Notes under the pieces: generated by a model | The model's input: only the letters and a program-made list of their open reading frames with translations | The model's database searches: none | What the model was told of the DNA's origin: nothing | Part shown: positions 60,513 to 64,000 of the stretch, in pieces | Position numbering within the stretch: position 1 is the first letter of the stretch | How the letters are laid out: each line of letters begins with the position of its first letter | Source of the DNA: an uncultured Alphaproteobacteria bacterium | GTDB taxonomy: Bacteria; Pseudomonadota; Alphaproteobacteria; Rs-D84 | NCBI GenBank assembly: GCA_944389525.1 | Contig: CALXMR010000005.1 | Coordinates: forward strand, 362 to 64,361 | Reading direction: 5' to 3' | DNA length: 64,000 nucleotides | Made by a program: the position numbers and the translations under genes

Positions 60513-61541
60513 ATGATCGAAAAAAACTGGGTTACTTTGATTAAACCCAAAAAATTGAATATCAAAATTGATGAACATAATCCGAACCAGGCAACATTGG
60601 TCGCAGAACCATTGGAAAAGGGTTTTGGTTTGACATTGGGGACCGCGTTGCGCCGTGTATTGCTGTCTTCGTTGCAGGGATGTGCGCCGATTTATATCAA
60701 AATAGACGGGGTGCAACATGAATTTTCTGATATCCCAGGTGTTCGCGAGGATGTAACAGATATTATCTTGAATTTAAAAGGCGTCTATTTCAAGGCGTTG
60801 ACCGAAGGACAGCACAAGGCCGTATTAAAGGTCAAAGGGCCAGCCGTTGTGACCGCAGGGATGATTGAAACATCTGGTGGTGTCGAAGTTATGAACAAAG
60901 ATGCAGAAATCTGCACATTGGACAAGGATGCTGAATTAGATATGGAAATAACTTTGGCCACGGGTCGTGGATATGTGCCGGCGTCTGCGCATGCAGATGG
61001 ATTGCCACTGGGGGTTATTCCGGTTGATTCAATCTTTTCACCGATTTTGAATGTTGCGACATCTGTTTCGGAAACCCGCGTGGGGCAAAGCACTGATTAC
61101 GACAAGCTGGAAATGATTGTCAAGACAAACGGTTCTGTATCGCCCGAAGATGCAATTGCACTGGCGGCGCGTATCTTGACAGACCAGTTGGTTGTATTCA
61201 TTAACTTTGAAGATCCGGCGCAAATTAATGCACCAACCGAAGAAGAAAAAGCCAAAGATGCATTGCCGTTTGATCCGAAACTGTTAAAGCATGTTGATGA
61301 ATTGGAATTGTCTGTTCGTGCAAACAATTGCTTAAAGAACGACAAGATTAACTGGTTGGGCGAACTGGTTCAAAAGACCGAAGCGGATATGTTGAAAACA
61401 CCAAACTTTGGCCGCAAGTCTTTGAATGAAATCAAAGTTCAACTGGAAGCAATGGGCTTAAGTCTGGGGATGGAAGTTCCAGGTTGGCCACCGGAAAATA
61501 TTGCGGAGTTGGCAAAAAAATACGAAGACCCCTACAAATAA
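60513..61541 (+). CDS. rpoA: DNA-directed RNA polymerase alpha subunit
   Basis: 342 aa. NTD and CTD motifs ([13 protein letters not shown]). Confidence 0.95.
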   Translation: MIEKNWVTLIKPKKLNIKIDEHNPNQATLVAEPLEKGFGLTLGTALRRVLLSSLQGCAPIYIKIDGVQHEFSDIPGVREDVTDIILNLKGVYFKALTEGQHKAVLKVKGPAVVTAGMIETSGGVEVMNKDAEICTLDKDAELDMEITLATGRGYVPASAHADGLPLGVIPVDSIFSPILNVATSVSETRVGQSTDYDKLEMIVKTNGSVSPEDAIALAARILTDQLVVFINFEDPAQINAPTEEEKAKDALPFDPKLLKHVDELELSVRANNCLKNDKINWLGELVQKTEADMLKTPNFGRKSLNEIKVQLEAMGLSLGMEVPGWPPENIAELAKKYEDPYK

Positions 61542-61555
61542 AATTATTATAGCGT

Positions 61556-61820
61556 GTCATCTGGCGCGTTTTCCGATTGCTCATGTAGGTTAACTACACT
61601 ACGCCATCGGAAAACATCGCCATCTGGCGCACTCTAATAATTTTACAATTAAATTTTATGGACGCTTGTCGCGATTGTCGGTTCTTATGTAGGTTTACTA
61701 CACTGCGAACCGTCAATCGTTTCCAATCGTCTCATAAAATTTAATTTCTTGTCCAGGTGCGAATTTTACAATTAAATTTTATGGGCGCTTGTCGCGATTT
61801 CATAAACTTTAATTTCTTGC
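61556..61820. repeat. Repeat-rich expanded rpoA-rplQ spacer
   Basis: Direct repeats aattttacaattaaattttatgg(a/g)cgcttgtcgcgatt (61640-61677 and 61762-61799). t(c/t)atgtaggtt(a/t)actacact (61581 and 61685). ataaa(a/c)tttaatttcttg (61733 and 61802, inverted relative to the first family). catctggcgc twice. Confidence 0.55.
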
Positions 61821-61983
61821 ACTTGCGTGGTTGATGCGTATTTTATTGCTTTACAAATGCGCTGGATGTGTTAGAATGCACGGCGCAAAGCAAAGCAGGT
61901 TGCGTTACTGAAATTTATTTTGGGGCGCAATGTTATGAAAAATCCCCCGTGTCGGGGCAGAAGATTATAAAAAAGGAGTAGTC

Positions 61984-62529
61984 ATGAGACACATGAGAGC
62001 AGGTCGCACATTTAATCGCGATACTAATGCACGCAAGGCCTTGTTTATTGGGCTGGCGAAAAACTTGATTGAAAAAGAACAAATTAAAACAACCCTGCCA
62101 AAGGCAAAAGATCTGCGCAGTGTGGTCGAAAAATTGATTACCCGCGCCAAGGTTGATACCGTGGCGAATCGCCGCCTGGTGGCTAGCGAATTGGGCAATA
62201 ATTCCAGCGCAGCGGTTAAAAAATTGTTCACAGTTTTGGGCCCGCGTTATGCCAAGCGTCCAGGTGGATATACCCGTGTGTTAAAGGCTGGGTTCCGCTA
62301 TGGCGATGCCGCGCCAATGGCAATTATTGAATTGGTCGATCGTGATGAAAATGCGAAAAAGACTGTAAAGGCGGCGGCGGAAAAGCAAGAAAAAGCAACA
62401 GAAAAAGTTGCGGACGCGGCCGAGAAAACAGAAAAAGCACCGCGCGCAAAAAAGACAGCGACGGCAGATGCAGATAGTGCGGCGGCTGAAAAAAAGCCGG
62501 CAAAACGCCGTACGACATCAAAAAAATAA
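61984..62529 (+). CDS. rplQ: 50S ribosomal protein L17 with ~45-aa K/A/E-rich C-terminal extension
   Basis: [21 protein letters not shown] core. Tail ...[51 protein letters not shown]. Confidence 0.9.
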   Translation: MRHMRAGRTFNRDTNARKALFIGLAKNLIEKEQIKTTLPKAKDLRSVVEKLITRAKVDTVANRRLVASELGNNSSAAVKKLFTVLGPRYAKRPGGYTRVLKAGFRYGDAAPMAIIELVDRDENAKKTVKAAAEKQEKATEKVADAAEKTEKAPRAKKTATADADSAAAEKKPAKRRTTSKK

Positions 62530-62557
62530 TTGGTGTATCAGTGTGGTGCAAGAAAAT

Positions 62558-62584
62558 CGGGGACAACTCCCCCGGTTTTTTTTG
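62558..62584 (+). terminator. Rho-independent terminator after rplQ (cgggggacaactcccccg plus T8)
   Basis: GC hairpin followed by TTTTTTTT. Confidence 0.65.
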
Positions 62585-62665
62585 TAAGATTTGTTAGAGA
62601 CAAAAAAATCCTTTTATTAATATGATCATTTGTGATAGAATTAAATGAATGTTGAAGGGATGTTT

Positions 62666-64000
62666 ATGAAAGGATTAGCATTTTTTTGCATGATGTTGAT
62701 TGGTTTTGCATTAAACGCTGATGCTGCGGTGCCACAGCAGCGGCGTGGTGGCGGTACCACATCCCCAGTGGCATCAACAACATCAACGCGTACGGGGACA
62801 GTATCTGCACGCAGTGCAACTACCGCGCGTGGTGCAACATCTGCACGCAGTGCGGCGACCCCGGCGGTGTCTGCACGTGCGGCAACAACGGGGCGTGCAA
62901 CTGTTGATCGTGGAACTGCGTCGACAACATCTTCTGGAACATCGTCAACCACAGCGCGCAGCGCGGTTGTCGCGCGCGCGGGCGCAACACAAAAGGTTAT
63001 CGGTACTGGAACCAAGGTTGCCGCCGCCGCAGAAAATGTTATTGTCAGTGCGGAATGTCGCCAGAAATATATGGGGTGTATGGATTCTTTTTGTATGTTG
63101 GATAACGCCAGTGGTGGTAGATGTATTTGCAGTGATAAAAATGCCGAACTGAATGATGTTCTGGCACAGATTGAAGAATTGGATCAGCGCAGTTACCAGA
63201 TGGCGACATATGGTGTTGAAAGAATTGAAATGGGTGATTCTGCGGACGCAGTTATTGCCAGCGCAAACGCGGTTGCACAATCTATTATTGATGCAGATAA
63301 AGAGGAAGAAGAGGTTGAAGAGAAGAGGGGGTTAGATCTTTCGTTGTGGAGTAATCCTGATTACTTGTACGATACCGCAGATATCGATATATTTAATACT
63401 GCATTTGAAGAGCCGGTGGAAGAAGTGGAAGGTGATGACTTATATGCCGCAGCTGACGAGATTTGTGTGGCGCAGATACCAGAATGCGCGAACGAAATGT
63501 CAATGTTGAAATTGATGTATCAACAACAAATTCGTTCGGATTGTACGGCCTATGAGAATAGTTTAAAGCAACAAAAAAATGCCAGTGCACAAAAATTAGC
63601 GGCGGCGGAAACGGCATTGCGTGATGCGGCACTGGAACAATATCAAAGCGCGAATAAGTACGATTTGGGCCAATGCGTGGTTGAATTTAAGAACTGTATG
63701 ATTGACACTGGTGGCTGTGGCGACGATTTTGCCGGATGTGCATCTGTGGTGGCGTTTGATGCAACAAATACACGTGGTCGTGGCGAAGAAGCCAAAATAT
63801 ATAGAGTCAAGGGTGCAGTCACAGATATAGAAATTTCTGCATCGACGTATGATATATTAATGTCTAAAAAACCCTTGTGTGAGAGTGTGACGAAGCAATG
63901 TGTTGCCGTTGCGGACCAGGTGTGGGATACCTTTTTACGAGAAGTAGCCCCACAGGTTAAGTCGGCTGAACTGATCGCAGAAGATAATTCCAGACAAAAC
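62666..64000 (+). CDS. Secreted protein, partial (runs off window end), with ST/A-rich low-complexity N-region and Cys-rich C-region
   Basis: Hand-translated frame is open from ATG 62666 (GAAGGGA RBS) to base 64000 (445 codons). Signal peptide MKGLAFFCMMLIGFALNADA. It was not in the ORF track because no stop falls inside the window. The listed minus ORFs 62641..63015 and 62945..63280 are antisense to it. Confidence 0.55.
   Translation, partial: MKGLAFFCMMLIGFALNADAAVPQQRRGGGTTSPVASTTSTRTGTVSARSATTARGATSARSAATPAVSARAATTGRATVDRGTASTTSSGTSSTTARSAVVARAGATQKVIGTGTKVAAAAENVIVSAECRQKYMGCMDSFCMLDNASGGRCICSDKNAELNDVLAQIEELDQRSYQMATYGVERIEMGDSADAVIASANAVAQSIIDADKEEEEVEEKRGLDLSLWSNPDYLYDTADIDIFNTAFEEPVEEVEGDDLYAAADEICVAQIPECANEMSMLKLMYQQQIRSDCTAYENSLKQQKNASAQKLAAAETALRDAALEQYQSANKYDLGQCVVEFKNCMIDTGGCGDDFAGCASVVAFDATNTRGRGEEAKIYRVKGAVTDIEISASTYDILMSKKPLCESVTKQCVAVADQVWDTFLREVAPQVKSAELIAEDNSRQN

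Noticed and set aside
62641-63280. Minus-strand ORFs 62641..63015 and 62945..63280
   Set aside because: Antisense to a long plus-strand frame with signal peptide and RBS that stays open to the window end. Ala/Arg/Val-rich composition is typical of antisense GC-rich DNA.

Overview
This 64 kb window of chromosomal DNA is most likely from a Gram-negative alphaproteobacterium of the Rickettsiales or Holosporales type. The evidence is the EF-Tu sequence signature (AHVEYET), the rpsM-rpsK-rpoA-rplQ order without rpsD, and the presence of tolB, pal, asmA and beta-barrel outer membrane protein genes. It also carries palindromic repeat elements that read VIASAAKQSSK or LAMTRGG in spurious frames, a repeat family I recall from Rickettsiales genomes.

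The housekeeping backbone includes parE, dnaJ, pgsA, uvrC, rluC/D-like, asmA, cdaA, dnaN, ppa, efp, fba, tolB, plsC, ftsE, ftsX, pal, rbfA, lepA, acpP, fabF, tRNA-Pro(CGG), an acyl-CoA ligase and mltG. From about 42.3 to 62.5 kb lies a complete str-S10-spc-alpha ribosomal protein superoperon (rpsL through rplQ, including fusA, tuf, secY and rpoA).

Accessory content that stands out:
- **Tail-fibre-like proteins (21.5-29.0 kb):** four tandem paralogous secreted proteins built from phage tail-fibre-type repeats, more GC-rich than their surroundings, with near-identical intragenic repeats.
- **lepA 3' end (32.8-36.0 kb):** an AT-rich tandem array of five divergent paralogs of an unknown ~135 aa Cys-motif protein family sits at the 3' end of lepA. 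It is flanked by a synonymous duplication of the lepA terminus and followed by a tyrosine integrase homolog whose catalytic residues all appear substituted.
- **Alpha operon:** two AT-rich genes with their own terminators are inserted between rpsK and rpoA, the rpoA-rplQ spacer is expanded and repeat-laden, adk is absent after secY, and rplQ carries a K/A/E-rich tail.
- **Other items:** a solitary VirB2/TrbC-like pilin, an orphan BrnA-like antitoxin with upstream palindromes, a type IV prepilin-like protein, and a partial secreted Cys-rich protein running off the window end.

No rRNA, CRISPR array or intact IS element was seen.
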